Assembly: GCF_001194135.2 (NCBI RefSeq)
Contig: NC_068993.1
Span: 60,014,344-60,071,103 of the forward strand
DNA from: Octopus bimaculoides
Taxonomy: Eukaryota
DNA length: 56,760 bases
Reading direction: 5' to 3'
Shown here one piece after another: positions 10,125 to 24,244 of this stretch. Each line of letters begins with the position of its first letter. Positions within the stretch are counted from its first letter, which is position 1. The position numbers and the translations under genes are program-made. The notes beneath the pieces were generated by a model that made no database searches, had not been told where the DNA came from, and saw only the letters and a list, made by a program, of their open reading frames with translations.

Positions 10125-13049
10125 TCACATATATATTTGTGTGCACGCATTGAGAAGCGAGTACTTATATGCATTCAATAAAAGAATGCGAGTTACAAGA
10201 ACTGATATAAATTCCACCTCAAGCTCACACATCATACACACATACCCACCCCACACACACATTAAAACAAAGACTGTAATTTATATACTGTATTTGTGTA
10301 TGTGTGTGTGTGTATATATAAGTGGGATACCATTCTGGTATATATGAACATATTTTCGTTTTTGTGAACAAGAAGAAATTAACCCTATATATTTATTCAG
10401 TTCCTTTGTTAGGATCCAAAAACGAAATAAAATTAAGTACTTTTCCAGTTTTCATAATCTGTAAAAATAATAGGACCGGCATTGCTTTATCTAAAATGTG
10501 CCAACTGATGCTGTAGGTCAGAGTACTTTTTTTTTTATCAAAAAAACAAAGTTTACATCTTGACAAACTTCGTTTATACTTTTCTAAATGTATACCTATG
10601 CAGATTATATCTGATTTTAAGCCAATTTGTTATAAAACACAAGTTAGATATCCCATTCTGATTATTGTTAGATGTGACAGCGAAAGCATAGATAATTGAT
10701 TTTTCTAGACAGTTGTAATTGATTAGACATGCGTTCTGGGAATGCCGATGCATATGGAAGTGCTAAGTTTATTTGTGTTTTGGCAATTTGAATTATTCAT
10801 TATTTCTACAAATGTGTGTATGGTTGCTTTTGTGCGTATTATATACATGTGAAAGGAGGTGTGTGTGTGTTTATGAAAATATTTAGGCATGCAGGTTCAC
10901 GTGTTTATAATTATGTCTATATATGTATGTGTGTACATAGATATATGTGTACATATGTATTCATTTACTTAAAACTGTGTGTGTGTGTGTGTGTACGCGC
11001 GTGTATGTGTCGATGCATGTTCTACCAGTCAGTTAACTGGCGTTTATATTGTCTCCCTTTATGTTCAGTATCATGAAGGGTTAACAAGCGGAGAGAATAA
11101 GTTAAAATATGTGTTGTGTTTTTTTTTTTTATTCGCCACTATTATTCTATTATTGCTACTATTAATACTATTATTCAACGGTAACAGAAAACGTACGACA
11201 GAAAAACAGTGGGAGTTACTTTGTGAATTTGTGTCTATGTACACATAGATACATACATACATACATGCATACATACATACATACATACATACATACATAC
11301 ATACATACATGTGTGTGTATATATGTATATATGAAATATCGAGTAATCGGGATTACAAAATCCAGGTATATTTCTTGAAAGCATTCAATAATCAAGCTAA
11401 CTTGGTTAACTAAATGAAATGATCAAATACCAATTGATCTGGATAGCATCGATTTGTATTTTGTACCTTTTGTTCTACCTAAAAATGCTAACACAACAGA
11501 AACGGCCGTTGGACTCGTGTGATGTAATCCTCAAAAGTTGTGATATCCAGCATTTTTTGTTGATATTGTTATATATATGTGTGCGCGCGTGTTTGTGTGT
11601 GTATATATATATGTATGCATGCATGCATATATGTGTGTGCGTGTTTGTGTGTTTCAACAACTATTGAAGAGGTTGCAAGAAACAAACGAAAATTTTAGAA
11701 AAAAATAAAAAAATAAAATAAATAAGTTAATGAGTGAAAATTGAACTGGTGTGTTAATTAATAAGGCATTAGAACAGAACGACTCTCCCCAGGCACAACA
11801 GTGTGTGTGTGTGTGTTTATACATTAATATATGTGTGTGGATGTACGTGTTCATGTGTGTGCACGTGTCTGTGTTACTAAATATGAAAAGATGAAAAGAA
11901 TTACACAAAAAAACCTCGAATTACAGAAAAATATGAGAGACTAACTTTAACGACATGAGCAATAAGAAATGTCAAAGACTGAGATGATTAATGATATTAA
12001 GTCAGAGTCACAAAGAAGATAACTTTAAAACGTTTAGAATCAGCAGTGGATTGACAATGAAGAGAACTGATTAATGCGAGGAATTCAAAGTAAGTAATAA
12101 AGTGATGTTTTAATAGTTGTTTTCTAAACTTTTTAAATCTTAGCGTTTCGAAACTCGTCCTTCCTGAGCGAATATTTGTAAGACGTTATTACGAATAGCG
12201 AATACTTGATTGGACCGAAGTTAGCAGTAGTGAATCATAGGTTCATGAAACGGAGATATCCTGTCTGATTATGGACTCCCGAAGGAATATAAGAAGAAAC
12301 GCGCCCGAAAGAAGATCAACTGAAGAGAAAGTGTTCCCACTTCTACGGTTGACATATTCGATTATGCGGTCTTGAAGACACGACATACGTTTGTTTCGAC
12401 TTCCTTGTATGTAAGGGTAAAGAGTGTGAGAGAAGGAAATATCGACGAAAACAAAAACAACCGCAGGAAAACAAGGAGACGTTGAACCTGCTGCGCTCCA
12501 ATTCACTTGAAATCGTTTTCAGATTTCCTTTATGTCAGAGATAGGTTTTATACAGCCAGGCTAGAAATTGCATATATATATATATANNNNNNNNNNNNNN
12601 NNNNNNNNNNNNNNNNNNNNNNNNNNNNNNNNNNNNNNNNNNNNNNNNNNNNNNNNNNNNNNNNNNNNNNNNNNNNNNNNNNNNNNNNNNNNNNNNNNNN
12701 NNNNNNNNNNNNNNNNNNNNNNNNNNNNNNNNNNNNNNNNNNNNNNNNNNNNNNNNNNNNNNNNNNNNNNNNNNNNNNNNNNNNNNNNNNNNNNNNNNNN
12801 NNNNNNNNNNNNNNNNNNNNNNNNNNNNTATATATATAAGTGTGTGTGTGTATGCAATGTGTGTATTACTCTGTGTGTGACATTGTATCGGTATGTGTGT
12901 CTATGGATGTGTAACATCTTATTCGGAAGAAAAGAGCAGTGAAAGAAAAAAAAAACAATGAATAATAAACATGACAGCTTATGGTCATAAGTTCGTATAT
13001 ACACGCATGCATACATACACACACATACATATACATACATATATATACA

Positions 13050-13086
<37 letters not shown>

Positions 13087-13300
13087 ATAGTGCCGTTAGT
13101 GGGGATGATCAATGCGCTGCTGAAGTGTTGCCGCCGCTTATCATGGTTGCGTACATCGTTTTTTACGTTCGGCTTATCGCGTGATGTAAAGTTCATAGGT
13201 ACCATCGCATTTGCATTGCACACACAACTCACACACGTGCACAACGGCACAGACACGGACAAACACACGCAAGCATTATGTGTGTGTCTATGTGTACACA

Positions 13301-13370
<70 letters not shown>

Positions 13371-13960
13371 ATCTCAAAAACATGAGAGAAAGAAGTCGTA
13401 TTGACGTGTCAACTGTTTCCTTGCTTTGTCAGGATTCAATGTTTTGCATGAGATCCTTCCAGCTTCTGTAGAACAGTAAGGATATCTGAACTAGAACTTT
13501 AGAATAAAAAGATGTTGACGGGGCCTGATAGGTTTCTAGTTATCCGTGCGTCCCTACTCGGTCTCTTACACTGTAGTCGCGCTTCCACGCCACGTTAACG
13601 TTGGTGTTCCATCGGGAACCGTGAGAAGGTGAGCACAACCTTGGTTGTGACTATCGCGTCGCTGTTGCAAACGGCCGGTGCGATAGCAAAACGCACTCTT
13701 GGTGTCCCTTCTTAAGAGCAAGGTCGAGCAGGGCCAAAACTTCTTAGTAGAAGGAAACTCCGATTTCAATTCCTGCACAGATGGAGTTCGTGAGCGTGGG
13801 TACCATTGCGACAATCTAAGTAAATGAAATCCGAGAGAAAACTAACGACACTTCAGGTCTCAAAGTTTGGACATTGGGCTAATCAGCTGATCTTGATGAT
13901 GATGATGTGTGTGTGTGTGTGTGTGTGTGTGTCTGTCTGTGTGTATCTTCCGCGTAGTAA

Positions 13961-14015
13961 GGACTGAACCCGGAACCATGCGGTTGGGCTAAAGCTGCTT
14001 ACCACACAGCCGCGC
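13961..14015 (-). mobile_element. SINE family F1 head fragment
   Basis: GGACTGAACCCGGAACCATGCGGTTGG...CTTACCACACAGCC is the reverse complement of the head at 665-715. Confidence 0.7.
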
Positions 14016-14532
14016 ATGCATCTGTCAATTTATTTTATTTAAAACCGTTAATAAAATAAATTAAACCTCTCCCCCACACACACACATATACATACACACC
14101 CACACACACATATACAGTGCATTTTTGTTTTTGTTTACTTTTTTTTTTCGTAATTATTCCAGTTCTGTCCATCTTAAAAGAAGATCTCGTCTGCTTGAGC
14201 TATCTCCTTCCACTTTGTCCAGATCAGCGAATGTCTGGTTAAATCCATTAGCAGCTGCAGGTCATTTCCGTGTATGGTCAATGGACACTAGCTTAAAACA
14301 GTCAGAAGGCGCTAGGTTAGGCAAAGAGAGGATTATGTAAAAGCTATTAGGTTCTTTTGACAGTAATCAAACACCACGTGATTATAAATGGAAAATTTGA
14401 TCGTTTCCATCTCATTTAGTGTTGTGATTGGGTGCGTTCCGGGTTCAAGTTTCGCTCGGATTAGTGTTTCAAGTGAAAAGATATTTGAGAGAACCGAAGA
14501 TCTACTTACAGTTTCATGAGAGAGCATGCGTA

Positions 14533-14600
<68 letters not shown>

Positions 14601-15349
14601 NNNNNNNNNNNNNNNNNNNNNNNNNNNNNNNNNNNNNNNNNNNNNNNNNNNNNNNNNNNNNNNNNNNNNNNNNNNNNNNNNNNNNNNNNNNNNNNNNNNN
14701 NNNNNNNNNNNNNNNNNNNNNNNNNNNNNNNNNNNNNNNNNNNNNNNNNNNNNNNNNNNNNNNNNNNNNNNNNNNNNNNNNNNNNNNNNNNNNNNNNNNN
14801 NNNNNNNNNNNNNNNNNNNNNNNNNNNNNNNNNNNNNNNNNNNNNNNNNNNNNNNNNNNNNNNNNNNNNNNNNNNNNNNNNNNNNNNNNNNNNNNNNNNN
14901 NNNNNNNNNNNNNNNNNNNNNNNNNNNNNNNNNNNNNNNNNNNNNNNNNNNNNNNNNNNNNNNNNNNNNNNNNNNNNNNNNNNNNNNNNNNNNNNNNNNN
15001 NNNNNNNNNNNNNNNNNNNNNNNNNNNNNNNNNNNNNNNNNNNNNNNNNNNNNNNNNNNNNNNNNNNNNNNNNNNNNNNNNNNNNNNNNNNNNNNNNNNN
15101 NNNNNNNNNNNNNNNNNNNNNNNNNNNNNNNNNNNNNNNNNNNNNNNNNNNNNNNNNNNNNNNNNNNNNNNNNNNNNNNNNNNNNNNNNNNNNNNNNNNN
15201 NNNNNNNNNNNNNNNNNNNNNNNNNNNNNNNNNNNNNNNNNNNNNNNNNNNNNNNNNNNNNNNNNNNNNNNNNNNNNNNNNNNNNNNNNNNNNNNNNNNN
15301 NNNNNNNNNNNNNNNNNNNNNNNNNNNNNNNNNNNNNNNNNNNNNNNNN

Positions 15350-15420
<71 letters not shown>

Positions 15421-15827
15421 AGTCCTGCACTCCGAAACGCTTAAACCTGTCGGCGGTAGGTTTAATTTTCAGGAGAGAGAGCCAAACGCAACACTTTGCT
15501 TAACACCAGTCCTTGCTTGCTCATTTGCTAACCCTCCACGAAATCCCCCATGTTGCAATCCACTGATTCTCTCCTCTCCATGTGGTCACTACAAATATTG
15601 AATGGCAATTGTCCAAGGGGACCAGCAACTACTCGGATGTCCCCGGTCCGAGGTGGGAGACATAAAAATAGTATGGACACTGTCCTTCCCGCCTCCAATT
15701 CTTTTATCTTTTAACTTTTCCTTATTACCGTCGACTACGGCCATACTGGGGCACCGCCTTTAAGAAGTGATTTTTTTTACTGAGTGAGCGTGTGTGAGTG
15801 TGTGCGCGCGCACCTTTCTGCTTCTGC

Positions 15828-16030
15828 TTGTCCGCCACCATCGCGCTTGACAACCTGTGTTAGTGTATTTACGTCCCTGTAACTTAGCGTTTCGGCTTAA
15901 GAGGACGATAGAATAAGAACCAAGTTTAAAAAGAAAAGGGAGTCGATTCGTTCGAGCAAAATTCTTCAAGACGATGCCCCAGCATGGGCTGCAGTCTAAT
16001 GACTGAAATAAGTAAAAGATAAAAAGAAGA
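15828..16030 (+). mobile_element. SINE family F1, 3' half
   Basis: CTTGACAACC...TAACTTAGCG...GATAGAATAAG...CCAGCATGG...GACTGAAATAAGTAAAAG. Confidence 0.75.
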
Positions 16031-16255
16031 TAGGAGGATCTCCATCACTTTCGTCGATGAATATTCAAGTTGATTAACGAAATTACTTTCGCATGGAGTT
16101 AATTCATATGAATGGCTGAGTATTCCTGAAACACTACAATGCTTTCTGTAATTCTCGAGCAGAACCAGTTCGACAAAGTGCGTGACGCGACAAGGCTGGA
16201 GCTTTAAATAAGCGTTCTCTCCTAACCCTATTTCATTCGCAATACTTCAGTCAAA

Positions 16256-16494
16256 TAGGTGGCGAGCTGGCAGATGCGTTAGCACGCCGGGCGAAATGCT
16301 TGGTAGTATTTCGTCTGTCTTAACGTTCTGAGTTCAAATTCCGCCGAGGTCGACTTTGCCTTTCATCCTTTCGGGGTCGATAAATTAAGTACCAGTTACG
16401 CACTGGGGTCGATGTAATCAACTTTTAATCCTTTTGTCTGTCCTTGTTTGTCCCCTCTATGTTTGCCCCCCCCCCCGTGGGCAATAAAGAAATA
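16256..16494 (+). mobile_element. full-length SINE family F2 copy (Meta/MESC-like core) with 15-bp target-site duplication
   Basis: B-box GAGTTCAAATTCC and core GCCTTTCATCCTTTCGGGGTCGATAAATTAAGTACCAG. Perfect TSD AATACTTCAGTCAAA at 16241-16255 and 16495-16509. The Meta-domain assignment is from memory. Confidence 0.9.
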
Positions 16495-16515
16495 AATACT
16501 TCAGTCAAAATTATT

Positions 16516-16580
16516 AAGACACTTGCTCAAGGTGTCACATAGTAGGATCGAACCGGACACCCTTGTGGTTGCGAAGTGAA
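16516..16580 (-). mobile_element. SINE family F1 head fragment (diverged)
   Basis: AGACACTTGCTCAAGGTGTCAC...GAACCGGA...GTGGTT matches 35674-35725. Confidence 0.55.
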
Positions 16581-17062
16581 ACGAAGAAAAGACGGGAGGA
16601 TGAAATGTATGGCGAGAATACTTTGATCATCAGTCACTTTAATCAGAAATGAGCAGGGCCTGAACAACAACAACAACAACAACACCAGCTCATGTGACCT
16701 TATGATAATGATTTCAGCCAGTAATTAATTAGCCAAATAGTAATTAAATACTGAGACATCAATTAAGATTACATATTTGTTTAGAATTCACTGTTTGTGA
16801 ATTTGCATAAAATAATGGTTATTTATATTTTCTCACTTCAGGAGAGTTTGGGTAAATGGGAGTATTTGATGTTCATGCCTTTCCCCTAACATATAGCGGC
16901 GTCACTAAACTGAAACTAGATTAGTCTCGTCTTCGCTTTCTCTGTTCATCTTCCTTTCATTATCCATTCTGTTTATCTGTACGTTTCACTTTCTCTTCTC
17001 TCTCTCCGTTTCGCTCCTTCTCTCCCTCTCTCACTCTCCTTTCCTTCCCTTCTCTCTGTCTG

Positions 17063-17120
<58 letters not shown>

Positions 17121-17574
17121 CAGTTTATATCCCTTCTACAAATTGCGACGCCACCTTTCCCTCCCCACACAGTCTGTATATAACAAAGAAACCACAGTGG
17201 AGAGAACGTGTACATCCATGTGTAAGTACGTGTGGCTGTGTGTGTGTGTGTGTTATNNNNNNNNNNNNNNNNNNNNNNNNNNNNNNNNNNNNNNNNNNNN
17301 NNNNNNNNNNNNNNNNNNNNNNNNNNNNNNNNNNNNNNNNNNNNNNNNNNNNNNNNNNNNNNNNNNNNNNNNNNNNNNNNNNNNNNNNNNNNNNNNNNNN
17401 NNNNNNNNNNNNNNNNNNNNNNNNNNNNNTCAACACCCTCCTACCACCATGGAGAAAACTATTTCCCCCCATTCATATTCATATCGCCATTGTTCTGATA
17501 AAGTTTCTGTGCATCACCCGTCTCTCTCCTTTTCTCTTTGCAAGCCTCTTCCTTCCCCCTCTTTTTCTCTCATG

Positions 17575-17606
<32 letters not shown>

Positions 17607-18070
17607 CTATGACGTAAGAAGTGACAGATTTGTATTACACACTCTTACACCCAAGCAAAACACACACACATATTCTCACACACACACACACACACACACA
17701 CACAAGCATGCAGGGCTATATAATGAATTGAATACAATTGATGTTTCAATCGGTTGTTTCTCTTCCTCTCTCTCCCCCTCTCTCTCCCTCTCACTCTCAC
17801 TGTCTCTCTCCCTATCTTCCTTACACGGAGTAAATTACTTATCACTTCATCTATCTAATCTGTGATACATATACAGAGGGAGAGTGAGAGAGAAAATAAA
17901 AAAAAAGTCATAAATTCCGCATATACTTCATAATTCAAATGTGCTCAACAGTTGTTTCATTGGCAATAAACGTAATTAATTATATAATTACGTAATTAAG
18001 ATGCATAATTAATTTTTATTAATTTAAAATTGATGTTAACCCATATCGTCGGAAGAAAATATTGCGTCTT

Positions 18071-18124
<54 letters not shown>

Positions 18125-18423
18125 CATACATACATTTATATGCATACACATTGATGCCTACAACCTGCGCGCGCACACATACAAGTGTTGTATCAAAGGT
18201 AATGCAAAAACAGGCATAACATTTTATCAACGGATTTAGGTCTTTCGGATTTAAATTTTAGTAGAGTAACATTTCCTGTTTACTAATACTTCCGACTGCT
18301 CTTCTTCAGAAACAAATGGATTCAAACAAAAGTAACGCGTGGTCATTGGATTCTGGACAGAAAAGGTGGTCCATGCTGTTTAACATCCACAAACGGTTAC
18401 AGATTGCTTATTCAGACGTCTCA

Positions 18424-18800
18424 CTTCGTCGGTTACGATGACGAGGGTTCCAGTTGATCCGATCAACGGAACAGCCTGCTCGTGAAATGAACGTGCAAGT
18501 GGCTGAGTACTCCACAGATACGTGTACTCTTAAAGTAGTTCTCGGGGGAGATTCAGCGTGACACATAGTGTGACAAGGCTGGCCCTTTGAAATACAGGTA
18601 CAACAGAAACAGGAAGATAGAGTGAGAGAAGGTTGTGGTGAAAGGGTACAGCAGGGTTCGCCACTACCCCTTACCGGAGCCTCGTGGAACTTTAGGTGTT
18701 TTCTCTCAATAAACACTCACAACGTCTGGTTTGGGAATCGAAACCGCGATCCTACGACCGCGAGTCCGCTGCCCTAACCACTGGGCCATTGCGCTTCCAC
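18424..18800 (-). mobile_element. full-length tRNA-derived SINE, group F3 (head A + unique core + tail X)
   Basis: The minus strand has A-box TGGCCCAGTGG and B-box GGTTTCGATTCC. Diverged 12-bp TSD TCAGACGTCTCA (18412-23) / TGAGATGTCTCA (18801-12). The tail is shared with 32605-32770. Confidence 0.85.
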
Positions 18801-19639
18801 TGAGATGTCTCAGAAGCCAACATAAAGATACAGCACACATGGAATATAAATTATATAACAACGATTATATAATAACGATATTACGAAATCCCAATATCGG
18901 CGATGATCATTTTTATCAGTATGAACATTATTCCTGTTACCCTTTACTGCTTACTGCAAACAGGACACCAACATGTCCCTATGAGCATTTCATTTGGATG
19001 TTTACAGGTTTTGAATGTTAATGGACTCACCAACGTTGATTGCTCCAAATTAAGCACAAAAATATCCATCAGAAAACATTTATAAAACCTTGAATAAAAG
19101 CATTAACCTCGAACACCGTCGTGTCTACAGTATTGTACACACATTTATCAAGCAGTCTAACTATTTAGCCATCTATCTAGCTATCTCTATGAATAATGAA
19201 TGTGTGTGTGTGGAAGAAGAAAGTGGCGAGAAGGAGTGATAGGAAAGAACTCCACAACAGTGTGAAACAATCAAGATTTAAAAAAGGGCTAAATATACTG
19301 TAGTATAGTAATGTAATAAAATTTACAAGTTGCAGCTACGCTTTACGTCTTTCCTATTCTCAAGTAAGGAAAAACGCTTCGTCTAAAAGTTGGTGAGACG
19401 TGAAACCCTTCGTGAAAATTAGTGAAGTCGCAGCTCTAAGTAAATTGCGGTATCTATGCATGTGTTTACATAGCTGTGTATGTATGTATATGTGAGTGTG
19501 TGTGTGTGTGAGTATGTGTGCGCCAGTGTGTGCACGTACGCGTGCATGTGTGAATATACGCGACATGTGTAGATCAAAGTAAGTTGGTAGAAACAGCGAC
19601 AAAAAGATTTTATCGCATATCACCTTACGCACACACGCA

Positions 19640-19698
<59 letters not shown>

Positions 19699-19913
19699 TT
19701 TATATCTATATATACATACATGCAAATGTGTGTATGCACATAGTCATGCATNNNNNNNNNNNNNNNNNNNNNNNNNNNNNNNNNNNNNNNNNNNNNNNNN
19801 NNNNNNNNNNNNNNNNNNNNNNNNNNNNNNNNNNNNNNNNNNNNNNNNNNNNNNNNNNNNNNNNNNNNNNNNNNNNNNNNNNNNNNNNNNNNNNNNNNNN
19901 NNNNNNNNNNNNN

Positions 19914-19995
<82 letters not shown>

Positions 19996-20756
19996 TATTT
20001 GTGCGTATATTTGTGTAGATATATATCAGGATTTAAATTGCACACTTTCGATGGAGTACTTCAAATCTTTTTTTTTTCCTTCCTTTTTATTTTGTCTTTT
20101 CTCTTCTCTCCACAGGATCGAACAAAGCCCAAATTAATGTTCAGTTCACACCTCTATTCTATCGTGGCCCTTGGGCCACTTCAACTCAATGATGGCCACT
20201 GTAGTCTTTTGCCTTCCAGTTTAAGATCAAATCTTGTACGATGATTGACATGATAACAAAGTGAACGACTAGCGATATCACACGCACCAATTCCCTAAAT
20301 GATGCCGATATCTGCATAACAGAATATCAACAGACGCGAACGCATGCGTGCACATGTACAAGTGTATGCGTACACATATGCACACTCACATTTATATATA
20401 CACACTCACACATCACACTCAGGCATATATGCGTTTGTGTGGGTGAGTGCATGTGTGTATGTATGCGTATGTCTATGTGTCTATGTATATACATACACAC
20501 ATATGTATATATATACATATACATATATGTACACACACATATATATACATATATATATACACATATATACATATATACACACATATACATATACACATAT
20601 ATACATATATATATATACACACGTATATATATATACATATATATACACACACATATATATACATATATACATATATATATATATACATATATATATATAC
20701 ACATATATATATACATATATATATATATACACATATACATATATATATATGCACAC

Positions 20757-20805
<49 letters not shown>

Positions 20806-21407
20806 GATACNNNNNNNNNNNNNNNNNNNNNNNNNNNNNNNNNNNNNNNNNNNNNNNNNNNNNNNNNNNNNNNNNNNNNNNNNNNNNNNNNNNNNNNNNN
20901 NNNNNNNNNNNNNNNNNNNNNNNNNNNNNNNNNNNNNNNNNNNNNNNNNNNNNNNNNNNNNNNNNNNNNNNNNNNNNNNNNNNNNNNNNNNNNNNNNNNN
21001 NNNNNNNNNNNNNNNNNNNNNNNNNNNNNNNNNNNNNNNNNNNNNNNNNNNNNNNNNNNNNNNNNNNNNNNNNNNNNNNNNNNNNNNNNNNNNNNNNNNN
21101 NNNNNNNNNNNNNNNNNNNNNNNNNNNNNNNNNNNNNNNNNNNNNNNNNNNNNNNNNNNNNNNNNNNNNNNNNNNNNNNNNNNNNNNNNNNNNNNNNNNN
21201 NNNNNNNNNNNNNNNNNNNNNNNNNNNNNNNNNNNNNNNNNNNNNNNNNNNNNNNNNNNNNNNNNNNNNNNNNNNNNNNNNNNNNNNNNNNNNNNNNNNN
21301 NNNNNNNNNNNNNNNNNNNNNNNNNNNNNNNNNNNNNNNNNNNNNNNNNNNNNNNNNNNNNNNNNNNNNNNNNNNNNNNNNNNNNNNNNNNNNNNNNNNN
21401 NNNNNNN

Positions 21408-21448
<41 letters not shown>

Positions 21449-22906
21449 TAGAAAGTGAAAGTGAAACGGAGAGGGACCTGAAGAAAGAGTGAGCGAAATC
21501 CACAAAGGGGGGAGTGTGTGATAGGGACAGAGAGTGAGAGAGGAAGAGAGTAAGGCAATCATTCTATGACGATGCATTCATGTATGTATTTATTGTACGT
21601 CATTAGAATGCTTTTTTATCCCTGTGTTCGGTCTTTACTTTACATCTATGTTGCACATATATACAGACACGCTACTGTGCAGTCGCATGTACACATATGA
21701 CTTTATAATAGAGTATACAAATATATGTATAGGTGCACTTGCGTGCTATCCTCTCTGTGTATGTATGTGCGCAAGTATGTATACGTGTGAGTGTAGACAT
21801 ATATACATACTTACATACGTGCAACTCTCCGTCTGTAAGAATATGCAACGCAAACACACATACATACGCACATATATACTTAATCATGTGTATAAATATA
21901 CATATACATAAATATATAGATACACGCAAATATAGATGTAGACGTATTTATAATCAATTGTTTGTGTCTGTATGTTTGCGTAGCTCCGTGTTGACCAATC
22001 GCTGTGTCTTGCTTTCCCTTCGTGCTAATGTTTGTTGGCCAGTTACCTTTCCTCTATACGTATGTTCGATGAAAGACTTTACACCAAAACGTCAAAATAA
22101 TCCTTGCCATGGCCATCTAATTCAAGGTACTTTACTGTCAATTTGACTCTGATCCTGTGTGTATGTTAATCCTCTTTTTATAAACGTGTGCACATGTGTC
22201 AGTTCGTGTGTGTTGCGTGGGCGAGTTTTTGTTTATTTTTTTCTACCATACACAATCAGTCACTCAGTCTTTGGGACCGCCACTACCCTATTTCTCTGTG
22301 TTGTCAATCGGTCTGCCCCGTCTATATATATATCAGTCTGTCAGTCCATCTATCTCTTTGGCCTTTAATTTCTCCGTCTCGCCAGTCAGTCTGTCTGCTT
22401 GTCTGTCTGACACTTCATCACTCTGTCTGTCAGTCCGTCAGTTTGTCTGCTTGTCTATCTATCCAGCAATATGCTCCCCCCTAGGGACCAGCTGTCAGAT
22501 GTGCAAGTGGAACTCACTGAAAGGTCATCAGGGAAACGCACCCTTCATCTCGGAAATATCAAATGGCGTTGCCGTTTGGCGGTGGTGGAGTGGGACGGAT
22601 TACCGCCATTGTTTCTCTTGTTGTTACTGCTGCTACTGCTGTTATCGTTGTCGTTTTTGATGATGTTGATGATGATGATGTTCATGATGAGTTTATTGTT
22701 CTGGTTACTGCCTCTCTTGTGCGTGTTACAGCGCAGTGTTTTGATGTTTTATACATGCATGTATATATACATATATACCTACATATATAAATGCATGAAC
22801 TCACATATTTGAATATATGTTCATATATGTATATACTTATGTGTCTATGTGAATGTATATACATGCCTACATATATGTGGTGGGGTGCCCGTATAAAGGA
22901 TGTATG

Positions 22907-22944
<38 letters not shown>

Positions 22945-23437
22945 AAGAGAGATAGCATATGGATACCTAATATATNNNNNNNNNNNNNNNNNNNNNNNNN
23001 NNNNNNNNNNNNNNNNNNNNNNNNNNNNNNNNNNNNNNNNNNNNNNNNNNNNNNNNNNNNNNNNNNNNNNNNNNNNNNNNNNNNNNNNNNNNNNNNNNNN
23101 NNNNNNNNNNNNNNNNNNNNNNNNNNNNNNNNNNNNNNNNNGTATTAATATATGTTTGTAGATTTATATGTATTTATATAATTATATATATGTATATTTT
23201 TATACACATATGTGTGTTTGTGTGTGTATTGACATACACATGCGCTTCTATGTATTTATGTGTCTATGTATAAACATATATATCTATAGACTGTCATGGT
23301 GGTCTTGATAGTGTTCGTACGTACGTCCATAAATGTGTGTACGTGTGATGTTGACGATATGGTGATTGAGGTATAAGGTATATGTATATTTACGATATAA
23401 TCATGGCGGTGAGTTGCATGTGTTAGCAGTTGTAGCT

Positions 23438-23487
<50 letters not shown>

Positions 23488-23625
23488 TGTTGTTGTTGTT
23501 GTTGTTGTTGTGGTGGTATTTGTGAAAGTAGTAGTGATGAGAAAAGCTCTTTAGCTAATGGAGCAGTAAATACTAAGTATCGTAGTATTGGGAGAACAGT
23601 AAGAAGACAGCCTGAGTTGTATCAA

Positions 23626-23687
<62 letters not shown>

Positions 23688-23689
<2 letters not shown>

Positions 23690-23812
23690 CTGAGTCGTTA
23701 GAGTGTCCAACAGAGTATTTTCTATTCAATCCTGTTCCCTATCTCCTGAGTTCAAATTCCCACCGAAGTCAATTGTACTTTACATCCTTTCAGGTTTTAT
23801 AAATAAAATGCC
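23688..23812 (+). mobile_element. SINE family F2, degenerate
   Basis: CTGAGTTCAAATTCCCACCGAAGTCAA...TTACATCCTTTCAGG. Confidence 0.6.
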
Positions 23813-24244
23813 AATCTTGGACGGTAAATTGGCGAAACCGTTGGAGCTCTTTTCTTTGATAATATCCGTGACATAAAGAAAAGAATGGAAATTCGTAGGC
23901 ATGACCAACTGTTGGCTGTCCATTAAAATTGCAAAGTCTGATAAGTCGATTTATATAACAATATTTCAGCAATAATCTTCTGTGAAAATATCGATAAAAC
24001 AATTGTAGATTTATGCAATAAAACGAATTGCTCGTTCCAGTCTCTTTTTTAATATTTATAAAAGCTCTGCGGATATTTACAGATTTTCATATATATCATC
24101 AGTAAAGTGATCCATTTCCGTTGTAGAATAGTATCTGATAGCCGATATCCGTAGATGAAATCTGTAAGGCAAACACCCAAAACCCGAATGGAAGTAATAT
24201 CATACATATGTACACATACACAAACACACTATCTGCAGTTAGTC

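Noticed and set aside
12250-12420. Possible RTE-like ORF2 remnant (LKRKCSHFYG*HIRLCGLE)
   Set aside because: The similarity is too short and degenerate to call.
14160-14340. Peptide-like frames on both strands
   Set aside because: No recognisable domain and no consistent splice pair.
18740-18800. tRNA gene
   Set aside because: The A and B boxes belong to a SINE head; there is no complete cloverleaf and the SINE body follows. The same applies to the other SINE heads.
22466-22700. Open frames next to trinucleotide repeats
   Set aside because: Low-complexity sequence keeps frames open by chance; no splice support.
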